A stretch of DNA of 64,000 bases from Hypanus sabinus (lineage: Eukaryota): contig NC_082720.1 of assembly GCF_030144855.1 (NCBI RefSeq), positions 79,732,001-79,796,000 on the forward strand. The letters are read 5' to 3'. This document shows, piece after piece, positions 26,533 through 37,610 of this stretch. The translations under genes were made by a program, and so were the position numbers. The notes under the pieces were generated by a model. The model worked only from the letters and a program-made list of their open reading frames with translations. It made no database searches and was not told the DNA's origin. The stretch's first letter is position 1, and each line of letters begins with the position of its first letter.

Positions 26533-26586
26533 TGCGCAGGCGCCCCCACCTTGGAATTACTGCACTGGTCAGAATAAGTTGGATCC
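26533..26586 (+). promoter_or_regulatory. NRF1-like site plus beta-subunit initiator-like element
   Basis: TGCGCAGGCGC (26533-26543) followed by GGAATTACTGC...TAAGTTGG, about 80-130 nt upstream of the ATG. Confidence 0.55.
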
Positions 26587-26664
26587 TCTCTCTCTATCGC
26601 TGTCTTCGCTGGAGAGAGAGAAAAAAAATAAGAGACCCCCCGACATCATCCGCACAACTTAGGG

Positions 26665-26741
26665 ATGCTGAGAGTCCGGAGAAGGGGCTACTTTAGGGCT
26701 TTGTCGTTCCCCTTGCTAGTGGCGATGGTGTGTGCACAAAG
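26665..26741 (+). CDS. GABRB2: GABA-A receptor beta2 subunit, coding exon 1 (signal peptide)
   Basis: MLRVRRRGYFRALSFPLLVAMVCAQ(S) matches the beta2 leader [26 protein letters not shown]; donor AG|gtaagc; 77 nt. Confidence 0.94.
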
Positions 26742-26867
26742 GTAAGCCATGGTGTCCGAGGTCGGCACCTCTTCGTTTGCAGAATGGCACTTTACTCCAG
26801 GCATTTATTTTTTTCCTTTTAAAAAAACATTATGCCATTTACTGTTACATTTTGCTTTCTTATCCAG

Positions 26868-26959
26868 TGTCAAAGACCCCAGTAACATGTCATTGGTGAA
26901 GGAGACCGTTGATAGACTGTTGAAGGGCTATGATATCCGTTTGAGGCCAGATTTTGGAG
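26868..26959 (+). CDS. GABRB2: GABRB2 coding exon 2
   Basis: tccag|TGTC...GGAG|gtaatt; 92 nt; [30 protein letters not shown]. Confidence 0.97.
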
Positions 26960-27629
26960 GTAATTTGTGTTTTTTTTGGTGTTAATGTGATTCCCTGTTT
27001 GATCCCCCCCACCACACACCTCACCCCTCCTCTCCCCTTGCATACTGACTGCCGTCTAACCCACCATAAGGATTTAAAAGTTCAATTATTGGGACACAAG
27101 TTGCTTGGGTTCCACACAAGGTGTTTGGCTAGTGTCCCTTTCAGTGGGGCTACTCTCACCCTCGGTCAGGATCTGATGGCCAAACGTCAGCCTAAATAAG
27201 TTGTGCTGGTAGTTAATAAACCGGATTCCTCTGGTGGAGGGATTCAAAATAATCACGGAACAGCCGACGATTCGGTGCAAAGGTGAATCCGGACCGGTTC
27301 CCATTTGCACCTTCGATTTAATGAAGTTCAGTGTCCAGTGCCACAATTTTAAGTTCTTGCAACATTTCTGAAACAATCGGTGTTGTAAAGCAGAATATCA
27401 CATGCCGGTCACATACTGTAATGTTACATGGAAGCACTGCATTTTGTGGATGTGCTTAGTTGAAAGAAATGTGATTTAAACCAATGCCTTGGGGGAAGGG
27501 GAGGACGGTGACCACGCTGCCTGGAGTCGGGTTGTAGATGCGTGTTTGTGTGTGTATATGTGTCATTTCTGATGTATTATCGAAGAGTTAAATAAATCAA
27601 CGTTGCGGACGGTCTTGTTTTGTTTGCAG

Positions 27630-27697
27630 GTGATCCTGTGCTGGTTGGCATGAACATAGACATTGCCAGTATAGATATGGTTTCAGAAGTCAATATG
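27630..27697 (+). CDS. GABRB2: GABRB2 coding exon 3
   Basis: ttgcag|GTGAT...AATATG|gtgagt; 68 nt; GDPVLVGMNIDIASIDMVSEVNM. Exon 4 was not found, so intron 3 extends past 64000. Confidence 0.97.
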
Positions 27698-27739
27698 GTG
27701 AGTACACCAGTCTCTTGCAGCAACTCTGAGACCTTTGGT

Positions 27740-28230
27740 CGTGGAATTAACGGGAGAAGTTTTCGTTCGATCGCGATAGTTTGGGTAGCCGCACGTTTGG
27801 ACCACTCCAGCGGCAACCAGCCACATTTCTTTGAAACAGTATTTGCCGGCTGCCAGCATCTGCCGTGCGTGTGTGATGAGTCTCAGGAACGGTGTTGGCA
27901 GTACCGGGCGCGGGGGGCTGCCGAGGTGACCGTCCGTCCGGCTCCGGGCGACCTTTCTCCATGAATGGTGTTGGCAAGGCCGGGCACCGTGAGCGGGCTG
28001 CCACGGTGCTGAGGTGATTTTACGTGAACGGTGTAGACAGCAGCGGGCACCTTGAGCGGGGCGGCGGCGGTGGCGGGCTGCGGGCTGCGGGCTGCCATGG
28101 TGCTGAGGTGACCGCCGGGCTCCGGGCGACCTTTCCTCAAGGTGCCCACGTTCTGCCGTCGAGCAATGGCGCCACCTGCTGGCCCTGCCTGCTACCTGCA
28201 GCTTTCTTAGCCTTCATCGCGGTAAATGTT
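27740..28230. promoter_or_regulatory. Intronic CpG island containing a degenerate GC-rich triplicated unit
   Basis: High CpG; three related units start at about 27887, 27963 and 28026. Confidence 0.6.
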
Positions 28231-29043
28231 TTTCTTTTAGGTGATCAATAAACGCAGTTACATAGAAGCCACTAGCTGTTATTGCAAAGCACAGTATAGA
28301 AGTATTACTTATGTTTGAATCTTGTAACTTTCGCTTTAATTCATTAGGTACTGTCAGTGTTCTGTTTTTGTTTTTCGAAGTTTGTAAATTGGTCTGTGCA
28401 GGAACGTGAGGCTGCTGGTTTGTCTGACCTATATGGTTTCAATCAACTTAGTTGTGTTTAGGTGGTTTCCTCTGTGTTGTAACAAACCGGAGGAATTTCG
28501 ACACGCGTTGTCATCTCAAGGTCACCATATGTGCAGATACAACTTTGTAAATGAGCTTACTTACTGACTTACGAGGGTGTGGAATAAGGTTGACAAGGGT
28601 TCCCTTTTGCGTCAGCTTCCCTCTGTAAATTATCTTATGTTGTTTGATCATTTTAGATGTATTATTCTTTAATAGATTAGTGGGGCTGGTAAGACAAGGG
28701 AAAAAAGCGAAGCTCGACTCATCCCGACTGACATCAGAAAACTGACCTAATTTCGTTAACTTACCTGAAAACTTTAAGATCTTTCTTTGATCTTGTCGGG
28801 AGCATGATAGAATTAAGTTTTTAAACAATATTTATTGTAAATTATGATTTTTGAATAAATATTCAACACGGGCAATTAAATTATTTTATTACAGTTAATA
28901 AGTTTAAAGTTTCATAATCAATTGTTAAGGATTATAAGTAGTGGTAATTTCGTTTACGTTATCAACAACTGAAGATACTATTTGCAGAAAAACTTCAGTT
29001 TGAAATGACTTTTATGTAGGCCACTTTAATGTGACCTCTGGCA

Positions 29044-29058
29044 CTGCCATCTAGTGTT
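29044..29058 (-). promoter_or_regulatory. Candidate CTCF site
   Basis: Minus strand reads ACACTAGATGGCAG, one mismatch from the CCACTAGATGGCAG core. Confidence 0.5.
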
Positions 29059-30184
29059 GCAGTATTATGTATTTATACCATTAGCAGCAACTGATGAAGG
29101 GGGACAGTCAACAGGAAGAACAATTAAACTGGAGAATTTTCTAGCTTAATTTATTAAATAGTTTGACTAAAGTTGAGGACCAGAATTTTGAATTAATTTA
29201 AGTGCTAAATATCTTGAAAACGGAATGAAATGACACTTGGATTTGACATGATTTTCCATTATATTTAGTTTTATATTGGAAAAAATAGCCTGTGACTTTT
29301 TAAATCTATTTTACTTAGCTAACAGTTATAAAGCTTTATTAGATAAAATATTTTTAATTCATTTTTTCATGTAACTTCATTCTACATAGAATTCCCAACA
29401 AATGTAATTAGTAATTATATGTAATTTTATGTCTTTGTACTGTATTACTGCATCAAAACAAATATCATATCATATAAGAGAGTGACAATAATTGTGACTG
29501 GGATTCTGATTAGCAAGAAAGAGTTAACATGCTTATTTGTTTGGAAATGAGTTATGAAACATGAACACAATTAGGAACTCAAGACAATATCTGCTTTTTC
29601 ATTGATACTGCTTGGAATCTTAGATTTTTAGTGGTTACTTACAAGATACATAATAAATATTTTCAAAATGCTATTTTGAAAAACATTTATTTATTTATTG
29701 GGTACTTGAAATGTTTCTTACACAATCTTAAACAAAAAAGGGAATGTTTTGATTATTGACTCATTTGGGGAGGGGGAAATGTGAGCACACACATTTTATT
29801 GCTTTTTATTGAATACACTATTCTAGAATTTTCTGAGATAGTAAACTTATACTTTATTGAATATATGATTGTAGATACACTTGCTGATCAAGCATCATGT
29901 AAAATAAATTAACCATCCACATCAAGAGAAAAAAGAACAACTACATATGTACATATAGGTCCATTGAAAACGCTAAGAACTAAATGGAAAGGAAATCTTA
30001 TTTGTGAGACTTGTCTTCATGTTGTTACCTTTTTTTCACTCTACATACTGTGAGCTTTTTGCCTTTAGTTTGACAATTTGCAGTGAGATAGCTGTACTTC
30101 TTTACTGACCTTTGTGTCATTATTCTGACAGATAATGCATCCCAATATAATCTTGCATTAACATGCTAGATAACTGATTTACAC

Positions 30185-31880
30185 CATAAGACATAGAAGT
30201 AGAATTAGATCATTCAGCCCATCGATTCTTCTCTGACATTCGGTTCTGGCTCTTTTATTTTCCTTCTCAATCCCATTTTCCTGCCTTCTCCCTATAACCT
30301 TTGACTCCCTTTCTAATCAAGAATGCTATCAATCCAATGACTTGGCCTCCACAGCTAACTAGTAATTAATTTACAAATTCACTGCCCTGTGGTTAAAGAA
30401 ATTCCTCTTTATCTCTATTCTGAAGGGACATCCTTCTATTCTGCAGCTGTGCCCTCTGGTCCTTGACTTCTCTATTATTGGAAACATACATTCCATGTGC
30501 ACTGTAGTTACGCCTTTCGGTGCTCAGTAGGTTTCACTGATATCCCACTCATTCTTCTAAATTCTGGTCAGTATAGGTCAGAGCCATCAAATATTACTGA
30601 TACATTAAACCTTTCCTTCCCGGGATCATTGTCATAAACCTTCTCAGACCTTCCCCAATGCCAGCACATTCTTTCTTAAATATGAGGCCCAAAACTGCTT
30701 ACAATGCTCCAAATATGGTCTGATTAATACCTTTTAAAGCCACAGCTTTATATACACATGAAAATTTGCAGATACTGGTGTGTGTTTCTCAGCTTTACAT
30801 CCTTGATTTTATCTTCTAGACTTTTCAATATGTATGCTAAGACTGCATTTGCCTTCCTTACTACTGACTAATTAATTTTGAGTTAATTTTTTTGTGATTC
30901 CTTCAATAGAATTTCCAAATCCATTTCCACCTCCAATTTCTGGATTTGCTTGCTGTTTAGAAAATTGTCTACATCTTTACTTCTTTTACCAAGATGCATG
31001 ACAATACAACCAGAATCAGATTTATTACTCGCATATATCATGAAATTTGTGTTTTGCAGCAGCAGTGCAGTGCAATACAAATTTAAAAATATGAGTACAA
31101 GTTACTATGATAAGTACTACAAAAAGTGGGGTAGTGTTCATAATCCACTCAGAAATCTGATGACTGAGGTGAAGAAGTTGTCCCTAAAGAGTTGAGTGTT
31201 TGTCTTCTCTAATGCTAGCAATGAGAAAAGGACATGTCTTGGATGATGATAGTCCTTAATTATGAATGCCAATTTCTTGAGACATCACCTATTGAAAATG
31301 GTCTGGATGGTGGGGAGGCTAATGCCCATAATGGAGCTGTCTAAGTTTACAACCCTTTGCAGCTTTGTCTGATTCTGTGCATTGGTACTTTCATACCAGA
31401 TGTTAATGAGGCCTGTCAGAATGCTCTCCATGGTACACCTGTAGAAATTTGCTTTTGTGATGTACCAAATCTCCTCAAACTCTTAATAAAATATAGCTCC
31501 TGGCATCCCTTTTTTGTAATTGCATCAATATGTCAGAAATGTTAACCTCCAGGAACTTGAAGCTGCTCCCCCATTCCACTGCTGATTCCTAATTAAGGAC
31601 GGGTATGTCTTCTCCCAACATCCCTTTCCTGAAGTCCACAATTAGTTCCTCACTGACAATGAGTTTAAGGTTGTTATTGTGACTGCACTCAACCAACCAG
31701 CCAGTGGATTCCACTATCCCTACACTGTATTACATCTAACAACACTTCTTTGTCCATTCTCTTAATCTGTCCAAGTCTTCTGCAGACCACCTGCTTTCTC
31801 AGCACTGCTTGCCACTCTATTATCTTTCTATCATTCTCAAATTTGGCCACAAAGCCACTCAATCCATTCAGCAGTATTTC
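30185..31880 (-). mobile_element. Degenerate CR1 LINE interrupted by a Rex/Babar-like LINE fragment (about 31010-31700)
   Basis: Reverse-complement CR1 3'UTR/ORF2 to about 31000, a second LINE tail (aatcagatttatt) at about 31013, then CR1 RT resumes at about 31735. Boundaries approximate. Confidence 0.65.
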
Positions 31881-32019
31881 ACATATACAGTATATTAATT
31901 AAGTTGATGTACTTGTATACAGGCAAAAGTGCATGTCTGCTCCAATTTATGTTTTGGTTCAAGAACATGATGCTTTTATTTCTCACAATACTACTTGTCT
32001 TTTTTTGGGCTGTGATATA

Positions 32020-33615
32020 CCAAGGCATGCAAAAGTTTGGGCACAACTGGTCAAAATTTCTGTTACTGTGAATAGCTAAGCGAGAAAAAGATGAACTGAT
32101 CGCCAAAAGTCATAAAGTTAAAGATGAAACATCCTTTTCAACTTTTTAAGCAAGATTAGTGCATTGTTTTTGTTTTGTACAATTTTAGAGTGGGAAAAAA
32201 AGGAAAGGAGCACCATGCAAAAGTTTGGGCACCCCAAGAGATTTGAGCTCTCAGGTAATTTCTACCAAGGTCTCAGGCCTTAATTAGCTTGTTAAGGCTA
32301 TGGCTTGTTCACAGTCAGTGTTAGGAAAGGCCAGGTATTGCAAATTTCAAAGCTTTACAAACACCCTGACTCCTCAAACCTTGTGCCAACAATCAGCAGC
32401 CATGGGCTCCTCTAAGCAGGTGCCAAGCACTCTGCAAATTAAAATAAATGATGCCCACAAAGCAGAAGGCTATAAGAAGATAGCGAAGTGTTTTCAGTTC
32501 GTAATGTAATTAAGAAATGGCAGTTAACAGGAATGGTGGATGTCAAGTTGAGGTCTCGAAGATCAAGAAAACTTTCTAAGAGAACTGCTCATAGGATTGC
32601 TAGAAAGGCAAATCAAAAGCCCCGTTTGACTGCAAAAGACCTTCAGGAAGATTTAGCAGACTCTGGAGTGGTGGTGCACTGTTCTACTGTGCAGCGGCAC
32701 CTGCACAAATATGACCTTCATGGAAGAGTCATCAGAAGAAAACCACTCCTGCATCCTCACCACAAAATTCAGCATCAGAAGCTTGCAAAGGAACATCTAA
32801 ACAAGCCTGATGCAGTTTGGAAACAAGTCCTGTGGAGTGATAAAGTTAAAATAGAATTTTTTGGCCGCAGTGAGCAAAGGTATGTTTGGAGAAAAAAGGG
32901 TGCAGAATTTCATGAAAAGAGCACCTCTCCAGCTGATAAGTACGGGGGTGGATCGATCATGCTTTGGGCTTGTGTTGTAGCCAGTGGCACAGGGAACATT
33001 TCACTGGGAATGAATTCAATTAAATACCAGCAAATTCTGGAAGCAAACATCACACCTTATGTAAGGAGGCTGAAGATGAAAAGAGGATGGCTTCTATAAC
33101 AGGATAATGATCCTAAACACACCTCATAATCCACAATGGACTACCTCAAGAGGTGCAAGCTGAAGGTTTTGCCATGGTCTTCACAGTTCCCTGACCTAAA
33201 CATCATCGAAAATCTGTGGATAGACCTCAAAAAGCAGTGCATTCAAGATGGCCCAAGAATCTCACAGAACTAAAAGCCTTTTGCAAGGAAGAATAGGTGA
33301 AAATCCTTCAAACAAGAATTGAAAGATTTTTAGCTGGCTACGGACAACGTTTACGAGCTGTGATACTTACCAAAGGGGGTGTTACTCAGTACTGACCACG
33401 CAGGATGTCCAAACTTTTGCTTCGGACCTTTTTCCTTTATTGTTATTTTGAAACTATAAAAGATGGAAATAAAGAACTAATCTTGCCTAAAATATTAAAG
33501 AAATGTGTCATCTTTAACTTTATGCCTTTTGGAAATCAGGTCATCTTTTACTCGCTTAGCTATCCACAGTAACAGAAATTTTGACAAGGGGTGCCCAAAC
33601 TTTTGCATGCCACTG
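32020..33615 (+). mobile_element. Full-length IR/DR-type Tc1 transposon with disrupted DD34E transposase
   Basis: TA at both flanks; about 200-bp TIRs (..GGCATGCAAAAGTTTGGGCAC / GTGCCCAAACTTTTGCATGCCACTG) with inner direct repeats at about 32214 and 33407; transposase from ATG 32402 with LWSD, QDNDPKH and DLNIIENLW motifs, frameshifts and stops. Confidence 0.93.
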
Positions 33616-34879
33616 TAGCAATGTTTTCATCTTTTATAAAACAAATATTTTTTTTCCATTCCAAAAGGCTTTTTTTTTGTCTATTGCCTATCAAGTGTTA
33701 ATAAGAATTACAGAAGAAATGAATTTGTGTAGATTCTTGACCACTGAAAACTCAACTTTTGATATGACATACCATTTACTTCCAGGAGTGAAAGCCTTTT
33801 TTCCCCATTTTTTCATGTATTACAAAGCTTGCTTCCATGATCTTTGGAGGAAAAAAATATTATAACACAAAACCAGAAATGCAATAGCCCTTGGGAAGTA
33901 AATCTATTAGCAAATCAGAAAAGAACATCAACATAAAACAAAATTCTAGAATTAAGCAATAAGGCCTTTGAAGTTGGCCACTTAACTGACAGCAAATAGG
34001 TGACCCATTTTACACCGTGCCAATTTTCTTTGAACAGAATGTGAAACAGACTGACAGTTTGCTGGAATCCATATCGTGCTTCCAGCAAGATTAATTTTTG
34101 TTTTTATCTAAAATTTTAATTTTCCTCTCCCCCCCCCTGACCTTTTGAAAACATGTTTCTGATATTTTCTTTTTAACTTTGAATATCTTTTCACATAGAA
34201 GATTTAGTACAGTTTCTACATGTTTAATTTCTAAGGCATATAATTAAACCAATATATGTCCTTGTATGATGTAACCAAGGAATAAAAATAGAGTATTCTG
34301 TTTTTATAATTTATAATTACATTAATTTAGTAACACTTTTTAACACAGCAACACTTCCATTAAAAGTATAAAAATACTCATAAAAATATTTCTTCCAAGT
34401 ATTTTATAATGCATTGTATTTGTTAGTTGCAGAAATTTGATTTTTTTATATTTTACTGAAAGTGAACACTTTAACATGACTGAAGAAAATCAGATGAGTT
34501 CTTCTGTATTATCAATTGAAACCATTCCAGAAGTTATGGAAGTTTGGATAATGGCAACAAATGAATCCAGATCAGTAGGCCATAAGTATTTAGCTTTTCA
34601 GTTCCTTCATTTTTTCCCAATATTATGTTGCTGATGTTAACTTCTTTAAAATCTTATTTCACTTTAAGGTTATTTTTGTTTAGGTTGTTTTCTGGCAAAA
34701 AGGATGTGTGCTAAATGGGAAGCTTTCAATAGTGAAATATTGAGAGTATACAGTTTGTATACTCTGGTTAGAATAAAAGGAAATGTTAACAGGTTTAAGG
34801 AACTAGGTTTTTGAGGGATATGTTGGCTGTCTGAAAGAAAAAGAGGAAGTGAATACCAGCAATAGGCAGCAAGGAACAG

Positions 34880-36810
34880 ATTAAGCATTTGAGTCTAAGA
34901 CATTTAAGAGAATACTTGAGAGGGAAATCAGGAGAGCTGAAAGCAGACATGAGATTGCTCTGGCAGGTGAGGTAAAGGAGAATCCCAATGGCTTCTACAC
35001 ATACATTAAGAGCAAAAGGATAGCAAGGGACAAAATTGGTCTGCTTGAAACTTACCATTGTTATCTATGCATGGAACCAAAAGAAATGAGGGAGATCTTA
35101 AATTGATCTTTTTTTCATCTATATTTACTCAAGAGATGGGAGCAGAGTACATAAACAGAGACAAAACAGTAGTGAAGTCCTGATTATAGAAGTGGAAGTA
35201 CTTGCAGTTCTGAGGAAAATTAGAGTGGCTAAGTCCCCAGGGCCTGCCAAGGTGTCTCCTAGGACGTTATTGGAGTCTAATGCAGGAATTGCAGGGGCTC
35301 CGGCAGAGATACTTAAAATGTTCTTAGTCATAGGTGAAGTGCTGAAGAACTGCAGGATAGCTAATGTTGTTTTGTTGTTCAACAAAGGCTCTAAGAATAT
35401 GCCAGGAAATTATAGGTTGGTGAGACTGATGTCAGTAGTGGGTAAATTATTGGAAAGTATTCTAAGGGACAGGATATGAAAGTATTTGGATAGACAGGGC
35501 CTTTGATTATAAGATTAGTTAGACATGACCTGCCATGCATGTGGTTTGTGCGTGGTAGGTCATGTTTAACCAGTCTTATAGTGTTTTTTGAGGAAGTTAC
35601 CAGGAAAGTTGATGAAGGAATGGCAGTAGACTTTGTCTGCATGGACCTCAGCAAAACCTTTGACAAAGTCTGCATTGAGGCTGGTACAGAAGGTTCAGTC
35701 GCTTGGCGATGAAGTAGTAAATTGGATTCAATATTGGCTTAATGGAAGAAGCTAGAGAATGATAGTAGATAATTGCTTCTGTGACTGGAGGCCTGTGATA
35801 AGTGATATGCTGGAGGGATTGGTACTAGATATATTATTTGTCATATATAGCGGTATGCTGTATTGCTAAAATAACAAAAATTAAAAAATGATTTGAATGA
35901 TAATGTGGTAAACTGGAAACTTGATTATTTGGATGACATCTAGACTGGGGGCATAGTGGACAGTGAAGAAACCTGTCAAAGCTTGCAGTGAGATCTGGAC
36001 CAGGAGAAAAATGTGCTGAAAATGACAGATGGAATTTAATTCAGACAAATGTGAGGTGTTGTATGTTGGAAGAACAGAATTGGTCTTACACAGTGAATGG
36101 TAGGGCACTGAGGAGTGTAGCAGAACGAAGGCATCTGGAACTACAAATCCATAATTCCTTTAAAGTGGAGTCACAAGTAGATAGTGTTGTAAACAGTGAT
36201 TTTGGCACATTGGTCTTCATAAATCAGAGTATTGAGTACAGGAGTTGGGATGCTATGATGAAGTTGTATATGATGTTGGTGAGGCCAAATTTGGAGTATT
36301 GTCTGCAGTTCTTGTCATATACCTACAGGAAACATATCTATAAGATTGAAAGAGTGCAGAGAAAAATTTACAAGGATGTTGCTGGGACTTGAGTCCCAGT
36401 GTTATATGGAAAGGTTGAATAGGTTAAGACTTTATCCATCGAGCATAGGAGAATAAGGAGAGATTTGATAGGTATACAAAATTATGAAGGATATAGATAT
36501 AGTAAATGGAAGCAGGTGTTTTCCACTGAGTTTGGGTGAGACTAGAAATATAGATCATTGGTTAAGGATGAAAGCTGAAATGTTTTAGGGGAAACTTCTT
36601 CACTCAGAGAGCAGTGAAGTTGTGGAGCAATCTGCCAGTGGAAGTGGTGAATGCAGGTTAATTTTTTTTCATTTAAGGAAAGGTTGAATAGGTACCTGGA
36701 AGGGAGCTGCATTGAAGGCTATGGTCTAAGTGCAGGTTGATAGGGCTAGACAGAAAAAGAGGTTGGCACAGGCTAGATGTGCCAAAGAGCCTGTTTTTGT
36801 ACTGTAGTGC
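34880..36810 (+). mobile_element. 5'-truncated CR1 LINE
   Basis: KSPGP, NYRLVRLMSVVGKLLE, MDLSKTFDKV and RPNLEYC motifs; 3'UTR. Confidence 0.9.
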
Positions 36811-37142
36811 TGTATAAGACTTCAGACTGCAGGTTTCCATCATTTCTACTGCTTGTCGAGGCCACCACAAAATATATACCAACTCAAGATACTGCAAATG
36901 CTGGAATCTGGAACAGCACACAATGCTGACAGAACTTACTGAGTCAGGCAGCATCTGTGGAGGGAAATAGCAAGTCCTTCCACAACAGTTTCCAGTCTGT
37001 TGCCAGCTCAGATCAGAGATGAAAGCTGATTTTGTTCACTCTCTGTGATCTTCACTCCTCTCTCCAAGGCACCAGAGACTTTTGCTGTTCCACTGTTGGG
37101 TCAATTTAACTGCTGCCCCAAATAGACTGAAAAGGTAGGGTA

Positions 37143-37610
37143 TTGAATTTGAATTGACTTTACTACTTGCATCCTTCACATACATGAGGAATAAAAATCT
37201 TTGCATTATGTCTCGGTCTAAGTGTGCAATGTGCAATCATAGTAATTTATAATAAATAGAACAGTCAATGTAACAGAGTTATACTCAAATCAGCGTGAGT
37301 TAATCAGTCTGATGGCCTGGTGGAAGAAGCTGTCCCAGAGCCTGTTGGTCCTGCCTTTTGTGCTGCGGTACCATTTCTGGATGGTAGCAGCTGGAATAGA
37401 TTGTAGTTGGGGTGACTTGGGTCCCCAATGATCCTACGAGCCCTTTTTACACACCTGTCTTTGTAAACATCCTGAATCATGGGAAGTTTACAACTACAGA
37501 TGCAATGGGCTGTCTGCACCACTCTGCAGAATCCTGCGATTAAGGGAGCTACAGTTCCCATACCAGGCAGTGATGCAGCCAGTCAGAATGCTCTCAATTG
37601 TGCCCTGTAG
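37143..37610 (-). mobile_element. Rex/Babar-like LINE 3' fragment
   Basis: RVVQTA...RARRIIGDPSHP...FQLLPS motif (ORF 37304-37561). Confidence 0.75.

Noticed and set aside
27577-28251. Overlapping ORFs around GABRB2 exon 3
   Set aside because: Only 27630-27697 matches the receptor; the rest is intronic GC-rich read-through.
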